Part shown: positions 8,807 through 19,487 of the stretch, in pieces
Layout: each line of letters begins with the position of its first letter
Numbering within the stretch: the first letter of the stretch is position 1
Source of the DNA: Pseudomonadales bacterium
Lineage (GTDB): Bacteria; Pseudomonadota; Gammaproteobacteria; Pseudomonadales; GM7GCV1
NCBI GenBank assembly: GCA_041595415.1
Contig: JBFHKI010000001.1
Coordinates: 1 to 33,449, forward strand
Length of the DNA: 33,449 nucleotides
Reading direction: 5' to 3'
The notes under the pieces: generated by a model
The model's input: the letters and a program-made list of their open reading frames with translations, nothing else
What the model was told of the DNA's origin: nothing
The model's database searches: none
Translations under genes and position numbers: made by a program

Positions 8807-10273
8807 ATGCCGCGCATTATAGAAGAAGCCATAACTTTCGACGATATTCTACTCGTCCCCGATTATTCGGAAATCGTGCCGAAAAATGTCGACCTGAAAA
8901 CCCGATTAACTAAAAAACTCTGGTTAAACCTGCCCCTGGTAGCTGCTGCCATGGATACGGTAACCGAATCCTCCATGGCCATCGCTTTGGCCCAGGAAGG
9001 TGGTATCGGCATTATTCACAAGTCCATGTCGGTTCAGGATCAAGCCAAAAACGTTACCGCTGTTAAAAAATATGAAAGCGGTGTGGTTAAGGATCCGATT
9101 TGTATCAACAAGGATGCTCCCATACGGGATCTGCTAACCATCAAGCGGGAACATAACATATCCGGTGTTCCTGTTCTTGATAATGGTGATCTGGTTGGCA
9201 TAGTCACCAGTCGCGATGTGCGGTTCGAAACAAATCTGGACGCGCCTGTGCACTCGGTAATGACGCCCAGGGAGTCTCTGGTTACTGTTCTGGAAGGCAC
9301 AGCTTCGGAAGAGGTGCTGAAACTGATGCACCGACACCGGATAGAAAAGATTCTGGTGGTGGACAAGGATTTTAAACTTCGCGGCCTGATAACCGTAAAG
9401 GATATTGATAAGTCGGAACGCTTTCCTACAGCGGCAAAAGACGATCAGGGCCGATTATTGGCTGGCGCCTGTGTGGGTACCAGCGGCGAAACCGAAGAGC
9501 GGGTTGCCGAACTGGTTACAGCGGGTGTTGATGTTATTGTGGTTGATACTTCCCATGGTCATTCGGCCAACGTGCTTAACCGGGTGCGCTGGATTAAACA
9601 AAATTTTCCGGATTTACAGGTGATTGGCGGCAATATCGCTACGGGTGCAGCTGCGTTGGCTCTTGTTGAGGCCGGAGCGGATGCGGTCAAAGTTGGTATT
9701 GGTCCGGGTTCAATCTGTACTACTCGAATCGTCGCCGGCGTTGGGGTTCCCCAGATAACCGCTATAGCCAATGTGTCTAAAGCATTGAAAGACACAGGGG
9801 TTCCTGTGATTGCCGATGGTGGTATTCGCTATTCCGGTGATATAGCCAAGGCTATTGTCGCCGGAGCGCATTCAGTCATGATCGGCAGTATGTTTGCCGG
9901 TACCGATGAAGCGCCGGGTGAAATGGAAATCTATCAGGGCCGCACCTACAAATCTTACCGGGGTATGGGTTCCATTGGCGCTATGGCTCAAACCCAGGGC
10001 TCCAGCGATAGATATTTTCAGGAAGGCAACGGTGCAGAAAAGTTGGTACCGGAAGGCATTGAAGGGCGAGTGCCCTATAAAGGCCACGTTTCAACTGTTA
10101 TCCATCAGGCGATGGGTGGTTTGCGTTCGGCTATGGGTTATACGGGTTCGGCTGATATTGAAACCATGCGTACTAAACCCTCCTTTGTAAAAATCAGCAG
10201 CGCTGGTGTTAATGAGAGCCATGTGCACGATATTTCCATAACCAAAGAGGCTCCCAATTATCCGAGCCGCTAA
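8807..10273 (+). CDS. guaB: Inosine-5'-monophosphate dehydrogenase
   Basis: 488 aa. N-terminus is [21 protein letters not shown], followed by a tandem CBS insert and the catalytic loop [18 protein letters not shown]. Confidence 0.97.
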   Translation: MPRIIEEAITFDDILLVPDYSEIVPKNVDLKTRLTKKLWLNLPLVAAAMDTVTESSMAIALAQEGGIGIIHKSMSVQDQAKNVTAVKKYESGVVKDPICINKDAPIRDLLTIKREHNISGVPVLDNGDLVGIVTSRDVRFETNLDAPVHSVMTPRESLVTVLEGTASEEVLKLMHRHRIEKILVVDKDFKLRGLITVKDIDKSERFPTAAKDDQGRLLAGACVGTSGETEERVAELVTAGVDVIVVDTSHGHSANVLNRVRWIKQNFPDLQVIGGNIATGAAALALVEAGADAVKVGIGPGSICTTRIVAGVGVPQITAIANVSKALKDTGVPVIADGGIRYSGDIAKAIVAGAHSVMIGSMFAGTDEAPGEMEIYQGRTYKSYRGMGSIGAMAQTQGSSDRYFQEGNGAEKLVPEGIEGRVPYKGHVSTVIHQAMGGLRSAMGYTGSADIETMRTKPSFVKISSAGVNESHVHDISITKEAPNYPSR

Positions 10274-10288
10274 CGAGATTCAGGATCG

Positions 10289-11866
10289 ATGACAACTGAT
10301 ATTCATGACGACGCCGTACTGATCGTCGATTTTGGTTCCCAGTATTCGCAGTTAATCGCCCGCCGTGTCAGAGAGCTTGGTGTCTTTTCCCAGATGTGTG
10401 CCTGGGATAACGATCAGGTCGATGCGGATTTTCTCAGCCAGTTTAACGGCATTATTCTTTCCGGCGGACCTGAGTCCACCACACTGGAAGAGGCACCCTT
10501 TGCTTCGGATACCATACTCAATTGCGGCTTGCCGATACTGGGTATTTGTTATGGCATGCAGACTCTGGCCAAACAGCTCGGTGGTGCGGTCGAAAGTTCG
10601 GATGTACACGAGTTTGGTTATGCCCGAATTCGGGTAGAGGAGACCAACCCGCTACTATCCGGTATCAGTGATCACCATCAAGATGGCAAGGATTATCTGG
10701 ATGTCTGGATGAGTCACGGTGACCGGGTTTCGGTCTTGCCCGAAGGTTTTCAGCTTATTGCATCAACGGAATCCTGCCCCATCGCCGGCTTTGCTGATCC
10801 GCAAAATCACCGATACGGTATTCAGTTCCACCCGGAAGTGACTCACACTCTGCAAGGGGCAAGAATTCTTGAGCATTTTGTACGTGGCATCTGCGGCTGT
10901 GGTGCCTCCTGGACGCCGGCCCAAATTGTCGCTGACGCGGTGGAAAAAATCCGTCAACAGGTGGGATCAGATCATGTCATCCTGGGACTGAGTGGCGGAG
11001 TTGACTCTTCCGTTACTGCCGCTTTGCTGGCAAAGGCCATAGGCAAACAGGTGACCTGTGTTTTTGTCGACAATGGCTTGTTGCGCAAGGATGAGGCGAC
11101 TCAGGTTATCGAAATGTTTGGTGACGATATGGGTTTGAATATTCGTCAGATTGATGCCGAAGACCGGTTTCTGGATAAGCTGGCCGGGGTAGAAGATCCC
11201 GAGCAGAAGCGCAAAATTATCGGCAACACCTTTATCGAAGTTTTCGACGAAGCCGCCAGCTCCATCAAGGATGCCAACTGGCTGGCTCAGGGCACCATAT
11301 ATCCGGATGTAATCGAATCAGCGGCGTCAACGACGGGCAAGGCTCATGTAATCAAATCCCACCACAATGTCGGTGGTTTGCCCGATGATATGCAACTGAA
11401 GCTCCTGGAGCCTTTGCGCGAGTTATTCAAAGATGAGGTTCGCAAGATCGGCCTGGAGTTGGGATTACCCTACGATATGGTTTACCGCCATCCATTCCCG
11501 GGGCCAGGTCTGGGTGTTCGTATTCTGGGCGAAGTAAAAAAGGAATACGCCGAAACCCTCAGAGAGGCAGATGCCATCTTTATCGAGGAGTTGCGCGCTG
11601 CAGACCTTTATCACAAAGTCAGTCAGGCCTTTACGGTATTTCTACCGGTTAAATCGGTAGGTGTGGTGGGCGATGCCCGGCGCTATGCTCATGTGGTTTC
11701 ACTGCGTGCGGTGGAGACCATCGACTTTATGACAGCCCGTGCCGCGCATTTGCCACACGAATTCCTGGACCGCGTTTCGTCTCGAATCATCAACGAGATA
11801 CCCGGTATTTCTCGTGTGACTCTGGATATTTCCAGCAAACCTCCAGCGACGATTGAGTGGGAATAG
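10289..11866 (+). CDS. guaA: GMP synthase (glutamine-hydrolysing)
   Basis: 525 aa. The GATase-1 part has GICYGMQ and QFHPEVTHT. The ATP pyrophosphatase P-loop LSGGVDSSV is present, and the C-terminus is KPPATIEWE. Confidence 0.97.
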   Translation: MTTDIHDDAVLIVDFGSQYSQLIARRVRELGVFSQMCAWDNDQVDADFLSQFNGIILSGGPESTTLEEAPFASDTILNCGLPILGICYGMQTLAKQLGGAVESSDVHEFGYARIRVEETNPLLSGISDHHQDGKDYLDVWMSHGDRVSVLPEGFQLIASTESCPIAGFADPQNHRYGIQFHPEVTHTLQGARILEHFVRGICGCGASWTPAQIVADAVEKIRQQVGSDHVILGLSGGVDSSVTAALLAKAIGKQVTCVFVDNGLLRKDEATQVIEMFGDDMGLNIRQIDAEDRFLDKLAGVEDPEQKRKIIGNTFIEVFDEAASSIKDANWLAQGTIYPDVIESAASTTGKAHVIKSHHNVGGLPDDMQLKLLEPLRELFKDEVRKIGLELGLPYDMVYRHPFPGPGLGVRILGEVKKEYAETLREADAIFIEELRAADLYHKVSQAFTVFLPVKSVGVVGDARRYAHVVSLRAVETIDFMTARAAHLPHEFLDRVSSRIINEIPGISRVTLDISSKPPATIEWE

Positions 11867-11883
11867 AGGCTGTCACTTGAGCC

Positions 11884-11902
11884 AGGATATAAATTTTATC
11901 CT
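11884..11902 (+). terminator. Weak hairpin after guaA (AGGATA-N7-TATCCT followed by TTGTT)
   Basis: Read directly. The stem is only 6 bp and AT-rich, so attenuation at most. guaA and pncC may be co-transcribed. Confidence 0.2.
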
Positions 11903-11915
11903 TTGTTAATTTGGC

Positions 11916-12422
11916 ATGAGTGCAATAGATATGAGTCCGGATACTGATTTTGTAGCGCCACTTTCCCAACGATTATTAGCCCTGAATATGAATATATCGA
12001 CCGCTGAGTCATGTACTGGCGGAGGTATAGGTTACTGTCTGACTGCTTTGCCGGGCAGTTCCACTTGGTATTTGGGTGGTTATATCAGTTACTCAAACCA
12101 GGCCAAAATACGGGATTTAGGGGTCAAGTTGCAGACTCTGGACAGTTATGGTGCCGTGAGTGAGGAGGTGGCCTGTCAAATGGCAGAAGGCTGTGCCAGT
12201 CGGACCGGCTCGGATCTTGGTATTTCTGTAACGGGTATTGCCGGCCCAGATGGTGGCACGGATAAAAAACCGGTAGGCACGGTTTGTTTTGGTTGGTCAA
12301 TCAGAGATACTTGTTTGACCGAAACGCGGGTCTTTGCCGGTGACCGTTCGATGGTTCGCCAGCAGACGATAGAGCACGCTCTTTTACGTGCGGTTAATTT
12401 ATTAGATGATTTTTCGGTCTAG
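11916..12422 (+). CDS. pncC: CinA C-terminal-domain protein / nicotinamide-nucleotide amidohydrolase PncC
   Basis: 168 aa with TAESCTGGGIGYCLT and GISVTGIAGPDGGTDKKPVGTV. It sits immediately upstream of recA, as cinA does in many bacteria. Confidence 0.9.
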   Translation: MSAIDMSPDTDFVAPLSQRLLALNMNISTAESCTGGGIGYCLTALPGSSTWYLGGYISYSNQAKIRDLGVKLQTLDSYGAVSEEVACQMAEGCASRTGSDLGISVTGIAGPDGGTDKKPVGTVCFGWSIRDTCLTETRVFAGDRSMVRQQTIEHALLRAVNLLDDFSV

Positions 12423-12448
12423 AGCTGGTCAAGAACAAAAAAATCAAT

Positions 12449-12468
12449 TACTGTTCGTTTATACAGTA
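12449..12468 (+). promoter_or_regulatory. LexA SOS box upstream of recA
   Basis: TACTGTTCGTTTATACAGTA fits the gammaproteobacterial consensus TACTG-N10-CAGTA (CTGT-N8-ACAG core). It lies 24 nt upstream of the recA ATG. Confidence 0.85.
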
Positions 12469-12491
12469 CTTTGATTCAAGAGGAAACACTG

Positions 12492-13529
12492 ATGGATGCA
12501 AATAAAGAGAAGGCTTTAGCCGCTGCGCTGGGACAGATCGAGCGACAGTTTGGCAAAGGCACAGTAATGCGAATGGGCGATGGATTGCGCGACAAAATTC
12601 CTTGTTATTCAACAGGTTCTTTGGGCTTGGATATCGCATTAGGTATTGGCGGATTACCCAAAGGGCGGGTGGTTGAGATCTACGGTCCGGAAAGTTCGGG
12701 TAAGACCACATTAACTTTGAGTGCCATCGCTCAGGCGCAAAAAACCGGAGCGACTTGTGCCTTTATAGACGCAGAGCATGCGCTGGATCCTCTCTATGCG
12801 GAAAAGCTGGGAGTGAATGTTGACGATCTGATTATCTCCCAACCGGATACAGGCGAGCAGGCTCTGGAAGTTACGGAAATGTTGGTGCGTTCCGGTGCTG
12901 TGGACATGGTTGTCATAGACTCGGTAGCGGCCCTGGTTCCCAAGGCGGAGATCGAAGGTGATATGGGTGATTCCCATGTTGGTTTGCAGGCACGACTTAT
13001 GTCCCAAGCGCTACGTAAGTTAACAGGCACAATCAAGCAAACCGGCTGTCTCTGTATTTTTATCAACCAGATACGCATGAAAATAGGGGTAATGTTTGGT
13101 AGCCCCGAAACCACCACTGGCGGTAACGCCCTGAAATTTTACTCTTCGGTTCGTCTGGACATACGTCGTATCGGAGCAGTTAAAGAGGGTGAAGAAATCG
13201 TCGGTAATGAAACTCGGGTCAAAGTGGTTAAAAACAAAGTGGCCCCTCCCTTTAAGCAAGTGGAGTTTCAAATACTTTACGGAAGTGGTATCAACCGCGC
13301 CGGGGAAATGGTTGACCTGGGTGTCAAGTATGGATTTATTGAAAAGTCCGGTGCCTGGTACGCTTATCAGGGTGACAAGATCGGACAGGGGAAGGCCAAT
13401 GCGTGTAAGTATTTGCTGGAAAACCCAGAGTTAATGGATTACTTGGAGAAACGTATCAAAAATGAGGCCATGGGTATTGTCGAGCCTGGCGACGTGGTTG
13501 AAGGGAATACGCAAGAAATCGAATCGTAG
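12492..13529 (+). CDS. recA: Recombinase RecA
   Basis: The N-terminus [23 protein letters not shown] is the canonical RecA start. ATG 12492 is preceded by AGAGGA. The ORF-track TTG at 12471 would add 7 residues and overlap the SOS box region. Walker [10 protein letters not shown] is present. Confidence 0.97.
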   Translation: MDANKEKALAAALGQIERQFGKGTVMRMGDGLRDKIPCYSTGSLGLDIALGIGGLPKGRVVEIYGPESSGKTTLTLSAIAQAQKTGATCAFIDAEHALDPLYAEKLGVNVDDLIISQPDTGEQALEVTEMLVRSGAVDMVVIDSVAALVPKAEIEGDMGDSHVGLQARLMSQALRKLTGTIKQTGCLCIFINQIRMKIGVMFGSPETTTGGNALKFYSSVRLDIRRIGAVKEGEEIVGNETRVKVVKNKVAPPFKQVEFQILYGSGINRAGEMVDLGVKYGFIEKSGAWYAYQGDKIGQGKANACKYLLENPELMDYLEKRIKNEAMGIVEPGDVVEGNTQEIES

Positions 13530-13535
13530 CTGCCA

Positions 13536-13567
13536 TCTGAAAGGACCTGAAATTTAGGTCCTTCAGA
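13536..13567 (+). terminator. Putative intrinsic terminator of recA
   Basis: TCTGAAAGGACCT-GAAATTT-AGGTCCTTCAGA forms about 12 bp of stem with one bulged A, 7 nt after the recA stop. It is followed by ATAAATTTG, a weak U-tract. Confidence 0.5.
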
Positions 13568-13715
13568 TAAATTTGCTACCTGGCAAAAGAGCCCGCCCCC
13601 CATTTCCATTTGGCGAAGCGGGCATTGCTACTTCCCTGTTCAGCAGTATCCTACCGCTTTCCATCGACTGGCCATGTCGATAGGTGCTAATTTACTGATG
13701 TCTTGAAGGTGAGTC

Positions 13716-13735
13716 ACCTGTCCTTTAGGACAGGT
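13716..13735. promoter_or_regulatory. lux-box-type palindrome (predicted LuxR-family dimer binding site)
   Basis: In ACCTGTCCTTTAGGACAGGT, 18 of 20 positions are dyad-symmetric. It shares 14/20 positions with the V. fischeri lux box ACCTGTAGGATCGTACAGGT, including both outer hexamers. It lies 13 nt upstream of the -35 candidate of the LuxR-type gene. Confidence 0.7.
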
Positions 13736-13748
13736 ACGGCAGCAATTT

Positions 13749-13777
13749 TTGGCAAGTTCTCCAGGGTAGCTTAATAT
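13749..13777 (+). promoter_or_regulatory. Putative sigma70 promoter of the luxR-type/ggt unit (TTGGCA-N17-TAATAT)
   Basis: -35 TTGGCA at 13749-13754, a 17-nt spacer, and -10 TAATAT at 13772-13777. GGAGA (13792-13796) lies 7 nt before the TTG start at 13804. Confidence 0.4.
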
Positions 13778-13803
13778 GCGACATGTGATATGGAGATAAT
13801 TAT

Positions 13804-14571
13804 TTGCGCAGAGAAGTCACCGAGCAGTTATCAAGATCCGAGCTGGAAACTCTGTTTGATATCGTCAACAGTGCTCTGCACGTCAGTTGCGGTGAGGAGT
13901 TGGAGAGTTTGTGGTCTCGAATTGCCGAGCTGGTTCAGCTCGAGGGAGGCATATTCGGTGTTTCCAAGATGCAGTCGAAAGACAATGGGGTTCAACTGGA
14001 TCTGATTACATTCGGCGTTGAGCCAAATTGGCTCAAGGGGTATCGAATAAACCAACAGGTGGAGCAGGATCCTCTGGTGATGGCCGCACTGAAATCACAA
14101 GAACCCATTTCCTGGAAAGACGCAGCAAAGTTGGCAATCAAGATAGATGCCAACGCATTCCGAACCAGTACCTTCCGAAAACAAGCACACGCTTCCGGGC
14201 TCGAGTATGGTTATATTTACAGTAAGCGTTCCCAGTACCACAGTCAGGCAATTGCCGTAACCGCCGTAACAACAGGCAATAAGGCTATGACGGAGCATCA
14301 GTGTGTTCTGCTGGAAATTTTACTGCCTCACCTGAATGAGATCCTGATACGGCAGAGCTTCTCATCTACACCCCAACTATCTGCGCGGGAAAGTGAGGTG
14401 TTGAGCTGGGCGACGGCAGGTAAATCAAATTGGGAAGTGGCTCGTATCCTCAACATTTCTGAGCGAACAGTTAAATTTCATTTGCGCAATATATACCGTA
14501 AGCTTGAGGTTGCTAACCGTTCTCATGCTGTCGCCGAGGCTTTACGTCTGGGTGTAGTAAATCTGGAATAA
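13804..14571 (+). CDS. LuxR-family quorum-sensing receptor (autoinducer-binding domain plus GerE/LuxR HTH); no cognate synthase nearby, so a LuxR solo
   Basis: 255 aa with a TTG start and a GGAGA Shine-Dalgarno. W76, Y80, D89, P90, W104 and G132 have exactly the spacing of the invariant W57, Y61, D70, P71, W85 and G113 (TraR numbering). The C-terminal HTH LSARESEVLSWATAGKSNWEVARILNISERTVKFHLRNIYRKLEV contains the invariant E-x3-L-x5-G. Confidence 0.9.
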   Translation: MRREVTEQLSRSELETLFDIVNSALHVSCGEELESLWSRIAELVQLEGGIFGVSKMQSKDNGVQLDLITFGVEPNWLKGYRINQQVEQDPLVMAALKSQEPISWKDAAKLAIKIDANAFRTSTFRKQAHASGLEYGYIYSKRSQYHSQAIAVTAVTTGNKAMTEHQCVLLEILLPHLNEILIRQSFSSTPQLSARESEVLSWATAGKSNWEVARILNISERTVKFHLRNIYRKLEVANRSHAVAEALRLGVVNLE

Positions 14572-16302
14572 ATGAAACCTTTACTTCTAAGCACGCCCTC
14601 AATTCTCTTTCTCTTACTAGTTTTATCGTTGCCACTAGATGCGCAACCAATTATTGAGCGTGGAGCAACATTTCATCCGCTGCTGGCAGAGCCGACTAAG
14701 GGGATGGTGGTCGCTCAGGAAAAAATAGCGGCCCAGGTAGGGGCAGATATTCTTGCAAAAGGCGGTAACGCCATCGATGCAGCCGTGGCTACGGGTTTTG
14801 CCCTTGCGGTTACTTTCCCACAAGCCGGTAATTTGGGGGGAGGTGGTTTTATGATGATCCACTTGGCTCAGAGCGGAGAAACACTGGCCTTGGATTACCG
14901 TGAAACAGCACCCAAAGCCGCATATGCCGAAATGTTTCTGAAGGATGACGGTAGCGTAGATAATCGCTTGTCCAGGACGAGCGCGCTATCCTCTGGCGTC
15001 CCGGGCACGGTAGCCGGTTTGTTGGCAGCCCATCAGGAATTTGGGGTTCTGGATCTGGCCGATATTCTTGAGCCTGCTGTTCGATTGGCCTCTGAAGGTT
15101 TTATTGTCTCCCATTCCCTCGCCTGGTCTCTTGCTCAAGCCAAACAGAAATTTTTAGCCTATGAGTCATCGAGACGGTACTTCCTGGACGAAAATTTGCA
15201 AACACCCGCGGCTGGTACTCTCTGGCAGCAAGAAGATTTAGCCAATACATTGCAGCTTATTTCTGATCAAGGTCGTGAGGGTTTTTATACCGGGCCGGTT
15301 GCACAAATGATTGTTCGCGAGAGTGAGCGACAGGGTGGGCTTATATCTCTTGAAGATCTGTCCAGTTATCGGCCAGTGATGCGAACACCAGTAAGAGAGA
15401 CTTTTGCCGGATTCGAAATTGTTTCAATGCCGCCACCTTCTTCAGGTGGAGTTCACCTCATACAAATTCTCAAAATGCTCGATTTGCTGGACATCGACGA
15501 ATATGAACACAACAGCGCGGCGTATCTACACCGCTTTGTTGAAGTGGCCAAGCTGGCCTATGCAGACCGCAGTCGCTATCTGGGCGACCCGGATTTTGTT
15601 GAAGTTCCTGTTGACGAGTTGATCGGCGACGACTACCTGAGTGAACGGGTATCGGGGGTTGATGCTTTTGTAGCTACGCCCTCTGCGCAAATCGCTCCAG
15701 GCCTTTTGCTTACTCCGGAAAGCAATGAAACGACCCACTTTAGTGTTTGGGATAGTGAAGGCAATGTAGTCAGCAATACCTATACTCTGAATTTTTCCTA
15801 TGGGAATGGTATAGCTGTAGAGGGTGCAGGTTTCTTGCTAAACAATGAGATGGATGATTTTTCGGCTCTGCCGGGTGTCTCAAATGCCTATGGTTTGGTC
15901 GGAAGTGAGGCGAATGCTGTTGCGGCAGGCAAGAGGCCACTGTCAAGCATGTCTCCGACCATTGTGCTCGAGAACGGAAAGCCGGTATTGGTCACGGGTA
16001 GTCCAGGTGGCAGCGCTATTATCACTATAGTGGCTCAAGTACTACTCAACAGTTTGATTTTTGAGATGAATCCCGCCCAGGCGGTCTCTGTTCCTCGCAT
16101 TCACCATCAATGGTTGCCGGACAGCATCCGATGGGAGCAGGGCATCTCGGCCGATACAAGGCAACTTATGGAGCAGATGGGGCATCAATTTGATTCTTCC
16201 CCAAGAGTTTGGGGTAAGGCTGAGACTATCTCGTTGGAAAATGGTTACCTGGCCGCTGGAGTTGATCCCCGGTGGCCAGGCAGTGGAGCCGCCGCACCAT
16301 AA
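14572..16302 (+). CDS. ggt: Periplasmic gamma-glutamyltransferase (Ntn-hydrolase, autoprocessing)
   Basis: 576 aa. Signal peptide is MKPLLLSTPSILFLLLVLSLPLDAQP. It aligns closely with E. coli GGT motifs: PQAGNLGGGGFM, LDYRETAP, the catalytic/autocleavage Thr in ESNETTHFSVWD, NNEMDDFSALPGVSNAYGLVG (lid-loop Tyr present), KRPLSSMSPT, TGSPGGS and PRIHHQWLPD. The ATG immediately follows the TAA of the LuxR-type gene (TAAATG). Confidence 0.95.
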   Translation: MKPLLLSTPSILFLLLVLSLPLDAQPIIERGATFHPLLAEPTKGMVVAQEKIAAQVGADILAKGGNAIDAAVATGFALAVTFPQAGNLGGGGFMMIHLAQSGETLALDYRETAPKAAYAEMFLKDDGSVDNRLSRTSALSSGVPGTVAGLLAAHQEFGVLDLADILEPAVRLASEGFIVSHSLAWSLAQAKQKFLAYESSRRYFLDENLQTPAAGTLWQQEDLANTLQLISDQGREGFYTGPVAQMIVRESERQGGLISLEDLSSYRPVMRTPVRETFAGFEIVSMPPPSSGGVHLIQILKMLDLLDIDEYEHNSAAYLHRFVEVAKLAYADRSRYLGDPDFVEVPVDELIGDDYLSERVSGVDAFVATPSAQIAPGLLLTPESNETTHFSVWDSEGNVVSNTYTLNFSYGNGIAVEGAGFLLNNEMDDFSALPGVSNAYGLVGSEANAVAAGKRPLSSMSPTIVLENGKPVLVTGSPGGSAIITIVAQVLLNSLIFEMNPAQAVSVPRIHHQWLPDSIRWEQGISADTRQLMEQMGHQFDSSPRVWGKAETISLENGYLAAGVDPRWPGSGAAAP

Positions 16303-16330
16303 AATCGAGCGGCGCACTCCTGGTGATGGA

Positions 16331-18330
<2,000 letters not shown>

Positions 18331-19446
18331 TTAGTTGAGCCGTCCTTCGATAACTCCGCCACCAAGGCAATGGCTACCACGATATAAAACAGCGTATTGC
18401 CCCGGTGTAATGGCACGCTGGGGCTGTTCAAAATGGATAACCCAGCTTCCACCACTATCTTGCTTCAGAGTGCAAGCCTGATCAGATTGTCGATAGCGTG
18501 TTTTACAGCCGAGCACTTCGCCTTCTTTGGGTTTATGACCGTTGATAAAGTAGATGTTTTTGCAGGTCAGGGCAGAGCTGAACAGGCTGGGGTGTTCTCC
18601 CTGGGCAATTTGCAGGACGTTTCGTTTAACGTCTTTGCCTGCAACATACCAGGGTTCGTCGGGATAATTGGCAATGCCGCCAACCCCCAGACCCTGTCGT
18701 TGTCCATAGGTGTAATACATAAGCCCCTCATGCTGGCCAACCGCCTGTCCTTCCATGGTTTCGATATCGCCCGGCTGTGCAGGAATATAGTTTTTCAGAA
18801 AGTCCCGGAATCGTCTTTCGCCGATAAAACAAATTCCTGTGGAGTCTTTTTTGTCGCTGTTAACAAACTGGTTGTCACGGGCGATGCGTCGAACTTCAGG
18901 TTTTTCAATTTCACCCAGCGGGAATAAAACCTGGTTGAAGGCCGATTGGCTTACTGCGTGCAGGAAATAACTTTGATCCTTATTGTTATCCAGCCCTTTA
19001 TGTAACTGCCTCTCCTGTTGGCCTTCAGGGCTTTCACCTGTCAATACGCGGGCATAGTGGCCTGTAGCGATGTAGTCCGCGCCAAGCGCTTCAGCGTATT
19101 CCAAAAAGACCTTGAATTTGATCTCACTGTTACACAGAACATCCGGGTTGGGAGTTCGAAGTGCACGGTATTCCTGCAGGAAATACTCAAATACGTTGTC
19201 CCAGTACTCCGCGGCAAAATTTGCTGTTTGCAGTTCGATCCCCAGTTTTTCACAGACTCTGGAGGCATCCTCCAGGTCTTGAATTGCCGTGCAGTATTCG
19301 GTCCCGTCGTCTTCGTCCCAGTTTTTCATGAATAGACCTTCGACCTGATAGCCTTGGTCCAGAAGTAACCGTGCAGTAACTGAAGAATCAACGCCGCCGG
19401 ACATTCCGACTATGACTTTTGTGTTACCGGGTGAGGAAGTGGGCAT
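18331..19446 (-). CDS. mnmA: tRNA-specific 2-thiouridylase (tRNA 5-methylaminomethyl-2-thiouridine synthesis)
   Basis: 371 aa. It has the PP-loop [13 protein letters not shown], then ...DQSYFL... and ...GICFIGER..., as is typical of MnmA/TrmU. Confidence 0.95.
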   Translation of the reverse strand: MPTSSPGNTKVIVGMSGGVDSSVTARLLLDQGYQVEGLFMKNWDEDDGTEYCTAIQDLEDASRVCEKLGIELQTANFAAEYWDNVFEYFLQEYRALRTPNPDVLCNSEIKFKVFLEYAEALGADYIATGHYARVLTGESPEGQQERQLHKGLDNNKDQSYFLHAVSQSAFNQVLFPLGEIEKPEVRRIARDNQFVNSDKKDSTGICFIGERRFRDFLKNYIPAQPGDIETMEGQAVGQHEGLMYYTYGQRQGLGVGGIANYPDEPWYVAGKDVKRNVLQIAQGEHPSLFSSALTCKNIYFINGHKPKEGEVLGCKTRYRQSDQACTLKQDSGGSWVIHFEQPQRAITPGQYAVLYRGSHCLGGGVIEGRLN

Positions 19447-19487
19447 TTTTCTGAGGTGATTCCGGCGTATAAACAGGGGCCGCTATT

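Noticed and set aside
13716-13735. The lux-box palindrome read as a second intrinsic terminator for recA.
   Set aside because: As RNA it would form an 8-bp stem, but the nearest T-run (TTTTT, 13746-13750) starts 10 nt after the stem. recA already has a hairpin directly after its stop. The ACCTGT/ACAGGT ends and the adjacent LuxR gene make a protein-binding site the better explanation.
14572-16302. The idea that the GGT-family Ntn-hydrolase next to the LuxR solo is an AHL acylase (a quorum-quenching enzyme).
   Set aside because: Known AHL acylases (PvdQ/QuiP/AiiD type) belong to the penicillin-acylase branch, not the GGT branch. This protein keeps essentially every substrate-binding and lid-loop motif of E. 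coli GGT that I can recall, including the Arg in DYRE and the Tyr in NAYGLVG. A genuine gamma-glutamyltransferase is much more likely. I kept the idea only as an experiment worth one assay.
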